This document shows, one piece after another, positions 25,817 to 34,552 of a DNA stretch of 64,000 nucleotides (position 1 is the first letter of the stretch; each line of letters begins with the position of its first letter). Position numbers and translations under genes: made by a program. A model generated the notes under the pieces. The model saw only the letters and a list, made by a program, of their open reading frames with translations, made no database searches and was not told where the DNA came from. The stretch is from an uncultured Solirubrobacteraceae bacterium (GTDB taxonomy: Bacteria > Actinomycetota > Thermoleophilia > Solirubrobacterales > Solirubrobacteraceae). Location: NCBI GenBank assembly GCA_963769555.1, contig CAVYMD010000002.1, forward strand, positions 20,401-84,400. Direction: 5' to 3'.

Positions 25817-25890
25817 TGCATGGCCGAGCCGGGCGCGCCGCGCCGCGCCCGGCTCGTCGCGGCGCGGACTCTGGCAGTCTGTCGGGCCGC

Positions 25891-26445
25891 ATGCGAGGCG
25901 CAACCGTCCTACTCGTCGCGCTCCTGGGACTCGCCGGCTGCGGCGACTCGGAACGCACCAGTCCGATCGCGAGCACGACGACGACGAGCGCGCCGACGGT
26001 CGCCGCGCCCGCCACCGCGACGACCGGCGCGCCCCCCGCGGCGACGCCGGGGGGCCGCAGCCGCTTCGTCGACGTCTCGTCGCTCGTCGGCAAGCCGCTG
26101 GCGGGCGAGCCGGGCTGCCGGTTCGCCAGGTCGGTCATCCCCGACCGGCCGTCGGCGCGCCAGTACGACGGCGCCCTGACGCTGAGCGTGCGCTGCCCGC
26201 GGACCGACGACTACACGCCGTTCGGCCAGATCGTCAACCGCACCGGCAGCAAGCCGTCGGAGATCACGTGCCGCGCCGCCCGCGGCAAGGAGCAGTACTG
26301 CATCTACGTCCCGAGCTCGAGCGTCGGGCTGTACTTCACCGGCACCGACCGCGCCGTCGTGCGCCGTCGCCTCGAGCGCCTCGTCGACGTCGTGGGGTCG
26401 CTGCCCAACGGCGTCACGCCGCTGCCGGCCGCCCCGGCCCCGTAG
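25891..26445 (+). CDS. Lipoprotein, function unknown
   Basis: MRGATVLLVALLGLAGCGDS contains the lipobox LAGC. A Thr/Ala/Pro-rich linker follows, then a Cys-containing globular part. Confidence 0.7.
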   Translation: MRGATVLLVALLGLAGCGDSERTSPIASTTTTSAPTVAAPATATTGAPPAATPGGRSRFVDVSSLVGKPLAGEPGCRFARSVIPDRPSARQYDGALTLSVRCPRTDDYTPFGQIVNRTGSKPSEITCRAARGKEQYCIYVPSSSVGLYFTGTDRAVVRRRLERLVDVVGSLPNGVTPLPAAPAP

Positions 26446-26492
26446 CGCCTCGCGCGCCCGCGAGCGACCCGCGCGCGTGCCACGATGCTCTC

Positions 26493-27608
26493 GTGCATCC
26501 CGCCCCCGTGAACCCGCTCGCCGCGCTGGAGCTGCTCAACGACGTGCTCGCACAGGTCGACGCCGACCACTCGTCGGCCGACTTCTACTCGCGCCTGGCC
26601 GAGGCCGTCTGCCGCCAGGGGCAGATGCGCCGCGCCGTCATCTTCCGCTACGACGACGCTCGCCGCCGCGTCCACGCCGCCGGCGCGCACGGGATGACCC
26701 TCGAGTCGTTCACGAACGGGGAGATCACGGTCGAGTCCGCGCCGATCGCCCGCCAGGCGCTCACCGAGGACCGCGTCATCGAGGTGCTCGGCAGCGAGGG
26801 CCACGACATCTCCGAGGACTTCGCCGAGCTCGTGGGCGACCACCCGCTCGTCTACGTGCCGATCGTCGCGGCCGGGCGCTGGATCGGGGTCATCCTCGCC
26901 GAGCCCGAGCCGGGCGCGGCGCCGATCGACGAGCACCGCCGCGACCTGCTCTGGATGCTCGGAAAGACGCTCGCGCTCGCGTCGGCCTCGCGCATCGCGA
27001 CGACCCATGGCGAGCGCGCGCGCGAGCTGGAGGACCGCATCGACTTCGCCCGCGACATCCACGAGCGCGTCGTGCAGCGGCTCTTCGGCGTCTCGCTCGT
27101 GCTCTCCTCCGAGCAGCTGCTGACGCCCGAGGCGCGGGCCCGCTGCGCGCAGGAGGTCGGCGCGGCGCTCAGCGACCTGCGCTCGGCGCTGCAGCGCCCG
27201 CTCGGCCGCTCGTCGTTGCCGACCGGCACGACGCTGCGCGCCGAGCTCGACCGGCTGCGCGCCGAGCATGCCGACCTCGGGCTCGTCGTCGAGGGCCCGA
27301 TCGTCGACGTGCCCGAGCAGCTCGAGCCGCTCGCCCAGTCCGTCCTCGCCGAGGCCGTGCGCAACGCGCGCAAGCACGCCTCGGCGCGTCGCCTCGTCGT
27401 GCGGACGCACACGAGGCAGGAGACGTTCGTGCTCGAGGTCGAGAACGACGGCGTTCCGGCCGAGCGCAGCGCGCCGACGGGCGTCGGGCTGCGCCTCGCC
27501 GCGCTCGAGGCGCTGCAGTCGGGCGGCCTCGTCGAGTTCGGCGAGCGCGTGCCCGGCACGTGGGTCGTTCGGCTCGTCGTGCCGCTGTCGGGTTCCGCGC
27601 ATGCCTGA
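26493..27608 (+). CDS. GAF-domain sensor histidine kinase (HisKA_3 / NarL-partner type)
   Basis: GAF-like N-terminus (no TM helix), H-box ARDIHERVVQRLFG, and ATPase N-box LAEAVRNARKHA. In-frame GTG start at 26493. Confidence 0.8.
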   Translation: MHPAPVNPLAALELLNDVLAQVDADHSSADFYSRLAEAVCRQGQMRRAVIFRYDDARRRVHAAGAHGMTLESFTNGEITVESAPIARQALTEDRVIEVLGSEGHDISEDFAELVGDHPLVYVPIVAAGRWIGVILAEPEPGAAPIDEHRRDLLWMLGKTLALASASRIATTHGERARELEDRIDFARDIHERVVQRLFGVSLVLSSEQLLTPEARARCAQEVGAALSDLRSALQRPLGRSSLPTGTTLRAELDRLRAEHADLGLVVEGPIVDVPEQLEPLAQSVLAEAVRNARKHASARRLVVRTHTRQETFVLEVENDGVPAERSAPTGVGLRLAALEALQSGGLVEFGERVPGTWVVRLVVPLSGSAHA

Positions 27609-28281
27609 CGGCGGCGCGCACGGCGACCGGCCCCCGGCGGCGCCCGGCATGCGCTCCGGCGCGTCCCTCGGCGGCGACGCCGACCGCCTGCGCGTGCTCG
27701 TCGTCGACGACCACGACGTCGTGCACTGGGGCTTTCGGCTCATGCTCGGCGAGTTGGAGTGGGTCGAGCGCTGCCTGTCGGCGCGCAGCGGCGACGAGGC
27801 CCTGGCGCTGACGCGCGAGCACGCGCCCGACGTCGCGCTCGTCGACCTCTTCCTCGGCGGCGAGTCCGGGCCGGAGGTCTGCGAGCGGCTGCTGACCGAG
27901 CGTCCCGAGCTGCGGGTGCTGCTCATCTCCGGGGCGGGCCGGATCTCGCCGGCGACCGCGCGGGCCTGCGGCGCGAGCGGCTTCGTCCCGAAGGACTGGC
28001 CCGCCGCCGACGTCGCGCGCGCCGTGCGCATGGTCGCGCTCGGGATGGCGCTCTTCGAACCGGCGCCCGCCCAGACCGCGGGCGCCCTCACGCTCTCCAG
28101 CCGCGAGCGCGAGGTGCTCGAGCGCATCGCCGGCGGCGCGACGAACCGGGAGATCGCCGGCGCGCTGCATCTGTCGCCGCACACCGTCAAGGAACACACG
28201 AGCGCGCTGTACCGTAAGCTGGACGTGCGCAATCGCGCAGAGGCGGTCCAGCGCGCGCAGCGCCTTGGATTGCTTGGCTGA
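27601..28281 (+). CDS. LuxR/NarL-family response regulator
   Basis: The ATG overlaps the kinase 3' end by 8 nt. Receiver domain (RVLVVDDHDVV...DVALVDLFL) plus LuxR HTH (LSSREREVLERIAGGATNREIAGALHLSPHTVKEHTSALYRKL). Confidence 0.85.
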   Translation: MPDGGAHGDRPPAAPGMRSGASLGGDADRLRVLVVDDHDVVHWGFRLMLGELEWVERCLSARSGDEALALTREHAPDVALVDLFLGGESGPEVCERLLTERPELRVLLISGAGRISPATARACGASGFVPKDWPAADVARAVRMVALGMALFEPAPAQTAGALTLSSREREVLERIAGGATNREIAGALHLSPHTVKEHTSALYRKLDVRNRAEAVQRAQRLGLLG

Positions 28282-28399
28282 AGTCGTTCCGCGCCGCGAG
28301 TCTTTCGCTCGGACGCATTCAGTTTTCGTTTGGGCCGCGCCCCATCGGGTAGCGAGCATCCGAAGTGTTCAACGCCCTCATCCCGATCAGAGGAGTCGC

Positions 28400-29182
28400 A
28401 TGGCGACGCTCGACAACGTGGACTACGCACTGCACCTTCCGCCGCGCCCACCACGTGGGACGCTGGATCAGGACCAGGAATGGTGCGAGATCGAAGTCGA
28501 CGGGCGGCGTCGCCGGATCCGCTTCCACGACTACGCGGAGATCTTCAAGGTCCCGGGCCTCTACGAGCGGCTCTTCGCCGAGCGCCTGGAGTGCGACTCG
28601 CCGAGCGTCGTCGTCGGCCTGCTCGGCGAGCAGCTGCACGACGCGGGCGCCCGGCCCGAGAAGCTCTCGGCGCTGGACTTCGGGGCCGGCAACGGGATGG
28701 TCGGCGAGCTGCTGAGCGCCCTGTCCGTCGGCGAGGTCGTCGGCGTCGACCTCCTTGCCGAGGCGCGCGACGCCGCCCAACGCGACCGCCCCGGCGTCTA
28801 CGACGCGTACTACGCGCTCGATCTCACGGCGCTGACGCCGGACGCCCGGCGCGACCTCATGCGCCACGACTTCGACCTCATGACGTGCGTCGCGGCGCTC
28901 GGCTTCGGTGACATCCCGCCGCTCGCGTTCGCCGAGGCGTTCAACCTCGTGGGCTCGCCCGGCTGGATCGCGTTCAACCTCCGCGATCGCTTCGCCGACG
29001 AGACGACGGGCTTCGGCGGGCTCATCACCCGGATGTTCGACGAGGGGATCCTCAGGGAGCGCACCCGCACGCGCTACACGCACCGCGTCTCGATCGCCGG
29101 CGATCCGCTGGAGTACGACGCCATCGTCGCCGACAAGCTCGCCGACGTGCCGCTGGACTGGGCGCGCGAGGCGGGCGTCTGA
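28400..29182 (+). CDS. Class I SAM-dependent methyltransferase
   Basis: ATG follows AGGAG. Motif I is ALDFGAGNGMVGE. Start moved from 28265. Confidence 0.7.
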   Translation: MATLDNVDYALHLPPRPPRGTLDQDQEWCEIEVDGRRRRIRFHDYAEIFKVPGLYERLFAERLECDSPSVVVGLLGEQLHDAGARPEKLSALDFGAGNGMVGELLSALSVGEVVGVDLLAEARDAAQRDRPGVYDAYYALDLTALTPDARRDLMRHDFDLMTCVAALGFGDIPPLAFAEAFNLVGSPGWIAFNLRDRFADETTGFGGLITRMFDEGILRERTRTRYTHRVSIAGDPLEYDAIVADKLADVPLDWAREAGV

Positions 29183-29231
29183 GCCTCCCGGCCGGCCGCG
29201 CCCGGCGGGACGGCGTCGCGCGCCGACCGCA

Positions 29232-29307
29232 CCGCCGCCGCCGCTGGACCGCGGGACGGCGCGCGCGCGCGCCGCGCCGCCGCCGCCGCTGGGCCGCGGG
29301 ACGGCGC
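29232..29307. repeat. 45-bp-period direct repeat in a convergent intergenic region
   Basis: CCGCCGCCGCCGCTGG(A/G)CCGCGGGACGGCGC occurs at 29232 and 29277. A partial third copy (GGCGGGACGGCG) lies near 29205. Confidence 0.8.
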
Positions 29308-29315
29308 CGCGCGCG

Positions 29316-30848
29316 CTAGGCCGTGGCGAAGCGCCCGAGCGTGAGCTCCGGGCGGACGCCGGGCAGGTGCTCGGCGAAGATGCGGTGGTAGGCGAGCTCC
29401 TCGCGCGTGCGCAGCGGCGGGTCGACGGCGCGGCGCTCGCGCTCGAAGTCCGAGCGGCTCACGCCGTCCTCGATCGTCGTCGTCAGCGCATCGGCGGCGC
29501 CGCTGCCGTCGCCGAACTCGGCCTTCACGCGCCAGAGGATCTCGTCCGGCAGCCAGCCGGTGAACGCCCGGCGCAGCATCCGCTTCTCGAGCTCGCCGGG
29601 CGCCGAGAGCTTCCAGGCCATCGGCAGGCCGAACGCGAACGCGATGACCTGGCGGTCGAGGAACGGCACGCGCGCCTCGAGGCCGTGCGCCATCGTGACG
29701 CGGTCGCAGCGCTGCAGGTTGAGGTTGTGCAGGCCGTGGACCGTGCGCATGAGCTCGCGCTGCAGCGAGTCGGCGTCGGCGAACTCGCGCAGGTACTCGT
29801 AGCCGGCGAAGAGCTCGTCGGCGCCCTCGCCCGTGAGCACGACCTTGACGTGCTCCGCGGTCATCTCCGCGAGCAGGAAGTTCGGCACGGCGCTGCGCAC
29901 GAGCCGGGGATCGAAGTGCTCGATCGAGCGCACGACGTCGGGTAGCGCACGGATCGCCTCGCGAGCGGTGTAGACGCGCTCGTGATGCTCGGTGCCGAGA
30001 TGGCGCGCGACGACGCGCGCGGCGAGCAGGTCGGCGCTGTCGCGCGTGCCGACGGCGAACGTCTTCAGGCGCTCGCCGCCCTCGTGCGCGACCCGCGCCG
30101 CGATCGCCGCGACGATCGCCGAGTCCAGCCCGCCGGAGAGGAAGACGCCGACGGGGACGTCGCCCATCATCTGGCGCCGCACGGACTCGGCGACGATCCG
30201 GCACGTCTCGGCGAGCGCCTCCTCGGTGGGCTCGGACGCGTCGCTGTAGACGGCGCGCGCGGCGGGCGCGCCCTCGCCGGTCTGCGGGACGGCGCTGGCG
30301 AAGCGCTCGATGCCGCCCTCGGGCGTCCAGTGGCAGCCCGGCGGGAAGGCCTCGACGTACGGCATCCAGTCCGGCGCGAAGGCCGCCATCTCGGAGGCGA
30401 AGCGCACCTGGTCGCCGCGCCGCGCCCAGTACAGCGGCTTGATGCCGACCGCGTCGCGCGCCGCGATGAAGCGGCCGTCCTCACCGGCGACGAGGAAGGC
30501 GAACATGCCCTCGAGCTCGCTCAGCGCGGCCGGCCCGCGCTCGTCGAGCAGGTGCAGCGCGACCTCGTTGTCCGAGCGCGTCGCGAACTGGCCGGGCGCC
30601 AGCGTCGCGCGGACCTGCTCGTGGTTGTAGACCTCGCCGTTGCCGACGAGCCAGACGTCGCCGGCGGCGTTGACGAACGGCTGGCGGCCGCCGTCGACGT
30701 CGACGATCGACAGCCGCCTGTGGCCGAGCCACGCGTCGTCGACGCTCACCTCGCCCTCGTCGTCAGGCCCGCGGTGAGCGAGGCGACCGAGCATCCTGCC
30801 GGTCTCGCCCGCGCGCTGCGGGCCGTATGCGGCGGCGATGCCGCACAT
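29316..30848 (-). CDS. asnB: Asparagine synthetase (glutamine-hydrolysing) family amidotransferase
   Basis: N-terminal MCGI (Ntn Cys2) and the PP-loop region VGVFLSGGLDSAIVA. 510 aa. Confidence 0.9.
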   Translation of the reverse strand: MCGIAAAYGPQRAGETGRMLGRLAHRGPDDEGEVSVDDAWLGHRRLSIVDVDGGRQPFVNAAGDVWLVGNGEVYNHEQVRATLAPGQFATRSDNEVALHLLDERGPAALSELEGMFAFLVAGEDGRFIAARDAVGIKPLYWARRGDQVRFASEMAAFAPDWMPYVEAFPPGCHWTPEGGIERFASAVPQTGEGAPAARAVYSDASEPTEEALAETCRIVAESVRRQMMGDVPVGVFLSGGLDSAIVAAIAARVAHEGGERLKTFAVGTRDSADLLAARVVARHLGTEHHERVYTAREAIRALPDVVRSIEHFDPRLVRSAVPNFLLAEMTAEHVKVVLTGEGADELFAGYEYLREFADADSLQRELMRTVHGLHNLNLQRCDRVTMAHGLEARVPFLDRQVIAFAFGLPMAWKLSAPGELEKRMLRRAFTGWLPDEILWRVKAEFGDGSGAADALTTTIEDGVSRSDFERERRAVDPPLRTREELAYHRIFAEHLPGVRPELTLGRFATA

Positions 30849-31727
30849 CTACGCGGTCACCTGGAGGGCGGGGGGCGCCGGCGCGTAGGCCAGTGGCCGG
30901 CGGTCCTCGAGATAGGACAGGCGCGTGCGCGCCGCGGCGACGACCCCCGGCGCGTCGACGCGGGCCAGCGCGGTCCCCGCGCGCACGCCGGTGCGGGCGA
31001 GCACGCGGCCGCGCGGGTCGACGACCTTCGCCTGCCCGGGGAACCTCAGCCCGCCGAAGCGCCCGGCCTGGTTGGAGGAGACCCAGACGACCTGGTTCTC
31101 GAGCGCCCGCGCCTGGTCGAGCAGGTTGAAGTGGCGCACCTGCAGGTCGCGCCGCGTCCAGGTGGCCGGATCGACGCGGCAGACCGGCCAGGCCGACAGC
31201 GACGCGATGAGCCCGGCGCCGTCGAGCGCGAGCTGGCGCGCGGCCTCCGGGAACGTCTTGTCGTAGCAGACGAGCATCCCGATCCGGCCGAGCGGCGTGT
31301 CGAACGCGGCGAAGCCCTCGCCGGCGCCGAAGGCGGCGCGCTCGCCGCGCGGGACGTGGACCTTGCGGTGATGGCCGAGGATGCCGTCGCCGTTGACGCA
31401 GACCGCGCTCGAGTACGGCCCGCCGGGCGCGTCCTCGGTGTAGCCGACGCAGACGACGACGTCGCCCGCGATGCGCGCGACGGCGGCGATCTCCTCGCCG
31501 TCGCGGGGCAGTGTCGGCGGGGGCGCGCAAGGCGCGGGCGCGCCGGCGACGCGCGGCTCGTAGAGGTAGCCGCCGAGGGCCGACTCGGGCAGCACGACGA
31601 GCGCCGCTCCGCGCTCGCGCGCGGAGCGCACGATGCGCTCGATCTGCGCGATGCACGTCGGCAGGTCGCGGCCGAAGCGCGCCGCGACCGCCATGACGGC
31701 GGGGGTCCGGGGGGTGTGTCTGCTCAT
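30849..31727 (-). CDS. Carbon-nitrogen hydrolase (nitrilase superfamily)
   Basis: Glu-Lys-Cys triad contexts VVLPESA, HHRKVH and GMLVCYDKTFPE. Its TAG stop abuts the asnB ATG. An alternative start lies at 31694. Confidence 0.8.
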   Translation of the reverse strand: MSRHTPRTPAVMAVAARFGRDLPTCIAQIERIVRSARERGAALVVLPESALGGYLYEPRVAGAPAPCAPPPTLPRDGEEIAAVARIAGDVVVCVGYTEDAPGGPYSSAVCVNGDGILGHHRKVHVPRGERAAFGAGEGFAAFDTPLGRIGMLVCYDKTFPEAARQLALDGAGLIASLSAWPVCRVDPATWTRRDLQVRHFNLLDQARALENQVVWVSSNQAGRFGGLRFPGQAKVVDPRGRVLARTGVRAGTALARVDAPGVVAAARTRLSYLEDRRPLAYAPAPPALQVTA

Positions 31728-31938
31728 GTCGTTCAGCGTGCGCGGGTCCGCCGCCCGGCCGTATGGACACGGGTCCAGAGATGCCGGGCTCGGATTCGCC
31801 ACCGTGTCGTGCCTACCCGCGATCCGCACACCGAAACCGGCGCCACGGCGCGGCCCGACCCCCCGACCGGGGGGTAGCGGTGCGTCGCGTGGGGGGAACC
31901 GCTTGGACTTCGCCTCGCAGGTCGTGACCCTTGACCGC

Positions 31939-32190
31939 ATGGCTACGACCATCACACCACAGGACATCGAGACCACCGTCATCGAGAATCTCGTCACGTT
32001 CGGCGCCGAACCAGACGCCGTGACGCGCGACGCCACGCTGGAGGACATCGACGTCGACTCGCTGGACCTCGTCGAGCTGACGCAGGTCGTCGAGGACACC
32101 TACGGCATCGACCTCGACGGCGCCGACTTCAAGTCGATCAAGACCGTCGGCGACGTCATCGACCTCGTCGTGGAGCGAGTCCAGGGGTGA
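31939..32190 (+). CDS. Acyl carrier protein
   Basis: 83 aa with the phosphopantetheine-attachment context DIDVDSLDLVEL. Confidence 0.85.
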   Translation: MATTITPQDIETTVIENLVTFGAEPDAVTRDATLEDIDVDSLDLVELTQVVEDTYGIDLDGADFKSIKTVGDVIDLVVERVQG

Positions 32191-33392
32191 CCCTGCGCGA
32201 CGTCGTCATCACCGGAGTGGGGGCGGTGACGCCCCTGGGCGTCGGCGCCCGGACGCTGCACGAGCGCTGGACCGCCGGCGCGTGCGGCATCCGCGACGGC
32301 GAGGCGCCGTGCGACGGCTTCGACGCGACCGATCACATGTCGGCCAAGCAGGCGCGCCGGGCCGACCGCTCGACGCAACTCGCCCTCGCGGCCGGCGTCG
32401 AGGCGCTGGCCGACGCCGGCTGGGGCGACGACCTGCCCTACGACCCCGAGCTCATCGGCTGCGTCCTGGGCACCGGGATCGGCGGCATCGCCACGATCGA
32501 GGGCAACCACGACCACCTGCGCGACGACGGGCCGAGCTCCGTCTCCCCGCTGGCGATCCCGCTCATGATGAGCAACGCCGGCTCCGCCGCGCTGTCGCTG
32601 CGCCACGGCCTGCGCGGCCCCGTCTTCAGCGTCGTCTCGGCGTGCGCGGCGGGCAACCACGCGATCGGCACGGCGCTGCGGATGATCCAGCACGGCGAGG
32701 CCGAGGCGATCGTCACCGGCGCCGCCGAGGCCCCGCTGACGCCGCTCTCGCGCGCGTGCTTCGAGAAGATGGGCGCGCTCTCGCCGAGCGGGGTGTCGCG
32801 CCCGTTCGACGCCCGCCGGGACGGCTTCGTCATGGGCGAGGGCGCCGGCATCCTCGTGCTCGAGGACGGCGAGTCGGCGCGGGCGCGCGGCGCGCGCATC
32901 CTCGGCACGATGCGCGGCTACGGCTCGACCGGCGACGCGCACCACATCACCGCGCCCCACGCCGAGGGCCGCGGCGGCGCGCGCGCGATGCAGATCGCCC
33001 TGCGCGACGCCGGCATCGACGCCGGCGCGATCGACTACGTCAACGCCCACGGCACCTCGACGCAGCTCAACGACCGCGCCGAGACGCGCGCGCTGAAGAC
33101 GGTCTTCGGCGACCGCGCGCGGGAGATCCCCGTCTCCTCGACGAAGTCGGCGATCGGGCATCTGCTCGGCGCCGCGGGCGCCGTCGAGGCCGTCGCCACC
33201 GTGCTCGCCCTGCGCGACCGCGTCGCCCCGCCCACGATCGGCTGGGAGCAGGCCGAGGAGGACCTCGACCTCGACTACGTGCCCGGCCACGCCCGCCCGC
33301 TCGATCTCGCCGACGGCAGGCTGCCGGTCGCGCTGTCGAACTCGTTCGGCTTCGGCGGCCACAACGCCACGCTGTGCCTGGAGGCCGCATGA
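32187..33392 (+). CDS. Beta-ketoacyl-ACP synthase, KAS II/FabF-like
   Basis: GTGA overlap with the ACP stop. Cys-His-His contexts VSACAAGNHAIG, DAHHITAPH and NAHGTSTQLND, plus C-terminal NSFGFGGHNATL. Confidence 0.9.
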   Translation: MTLRDVVITGVGAVTPLGVGARTLHERWTAGACGIRDGEAPCDGFDATDHMSAKQARRADRSTQLALAAGVEALADAGWGDDLPYDPELIGCVLGTGIGGIATIEGNHDHLRDDGPSSVSPLAIPLMMSNAGSAALSLRHGLRGPVFSVVSACAAGNHAIGTALRMIQHGEAEAIVTGAAEAPLTPLSRACFEKMGALSPSGVSRPFDARRDGFVMGEGAGILVLEDGESARARGARILGTMRGYGSTGDAHHITAPHAEGRGGARAMQIALRDAGIDAGAIDYVNAHGTSTQLNDRAETRALKTVFGDRAREIPVSSTKSAIGHLLGAAGAVEAVATVLALRDRVAPPTIGWEQAEEDLDLDYVPGHARPLDLADGRLPVALSNSFGFGGHNATLCLEAA

Positions 33393-34471
33393 CGGGCCCG
33401 CTGCTGCTGACAGGGGCGACCGGCTTCGTCGGGATGGAGGTGCTCGCGCGCGTGCTCGAGCGCACCGACCGCGACGTCGTCGCCCTCGTGCGCGCGGCCG
33501 ACGACGCAGCCGCCCAGGCGCGCGTCGACGAGCTGCTGAGGACCCTCGTCGCGCCCGCCTCGCGGCCGCGGCGCGGGCGCGTGCGGGCGCTCGCGGCCGA
33601 CCTCGAGGCGCCCGGCCTGGGGCTCTCGCCCGTGGCGCGCGAGCGGATCGCGGGCTCGATCTCGGCCGTCGTGCACTGCGCCGCGTCGATCAGCTTCACG
33701 CTGCCGCTCGAGGAGGCTCGCCGCATCAACGTCGACGGCACGCGCGAGGTCGTCCGTCTCGCCCTGCAGGCGCGCGAGCGCGGCGGCCTGGACCGCTTCG
33801 TGCACGTCTCGACGGCGTACGTCGCCGGCGACCGGATCGGCCGCGTCCGCGAGCAGGACGGCGACGTCGGGCAGGGCTTTCGCAACACGTACGAGCGCAC
33901 GAAGCTCGAGGCCGAGGCGGTCGTCCGCGCGAGCGGGCTGCCCGCCGCGATCGTGCGCCCGAGCATCATCGTCGGCGACAGCGCGACCGGCTGGACGCAG
34001 GCCTTCAACGTCATCTACTGGCCGCTGCAGGCGTTCGCGCGCGGGCTGTTCCCGACCGTGCCCGCCGATCCGCGGGCGCGCGTGGACATCGTGCCCGTCG
34101 ACGTCGTCGCCGACGCGCTGCTGAGCCTCCTGCAGGGCCCCGTCCGCGGCGGCGCCTTCCACGTCGTCGCCGGCGACCGCGCTCCGACGAACGCGCAGCT
34201 CGCGACGATGGCGGCCGAGGCGTTCGAGGCCGAGCCGCCGCGCTTCGTGCGGCCCGGCGAGGACCCGCGCGCCGAGCAGCGCGCCGGCGCCCTGCTGCCG
34301 TACTTCCGCGTGCGCTGCACGTTCGACGCGCGGCGCGCGCGCGACCTGCTCGGGGCGACCCCGCCGCACCTGGAGGACTACTTCCCCGCGCTCATGCGCT
34401 ACGCCCGCGAGGCGCAGTGGGGCAAGCAGCCATCTCCCCGCTGGGGCGTCGACCTGCAGCGCGCGGCCTAG
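33389..34471 (+). CDS. Thioester/acyl reductase (SDR, NAD_binding_4-type; fatty acyl-ACP/CoA reductase-like)
   Basis: ATGA overlap with the KAS stop. Rossmann motif LLLTGATGFVG and catalytic Y-x3-K in NTYERTK. Confidence 0.8.
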   Translation: MTGPLLLTGATGFVGMEVLARVLERTDRDVVALVRAADDAAAQARVDELLRTLVAPASRPRRGRVRALAADLEAPGLGLSPVARERIAGSISAVVHCAASISFTLPLEEARRINVDGTREVVRLALQARERGGLDRFVHVSTAYVAGDRIGRVREQDGDVGQGFRNTYERTKLEAEAVVRASGLPAAIVRPSIIVGDSATGWTQAFNVIYWPLQAFARGLFPTVPADPRARVDIVPVDVVADALLSLLQGPVRGGAFHVVAGDRAPTNAQLATMAAEAFEAEPPRFVRPGEDPRAEQRAGALLPYFRVRCTFDARRARDLLGATPPHLEDYFPALMRYAREAQWGKQPSPRWGVDLQRAA

Positions 34472-34474
34472 GCG

Positions 34475-34536
34475 GACGAGCGCGCTCGTCGGGGTCGTGC
34501 GCGAGGCGTCCCCATGCGGGACGCGGCGCGCACGAC
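34475..34536. terminator. Two consecutive hairpins between convergent genes; the second is copy 2 of the dispersed hairpin element
   Basis: Perfect 16-nt palindrome GACGAGCGCGCTCGTC (34475-34490). It is followed by GTCGTGCGCG-ag-GCGTCCC-catgc-GGGACGC-gg-CGCGCACGAC (34494-34536). Confidence 0.6.
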
Positions 34537-34552
34537 CGGCCGCCGGGCGCGC

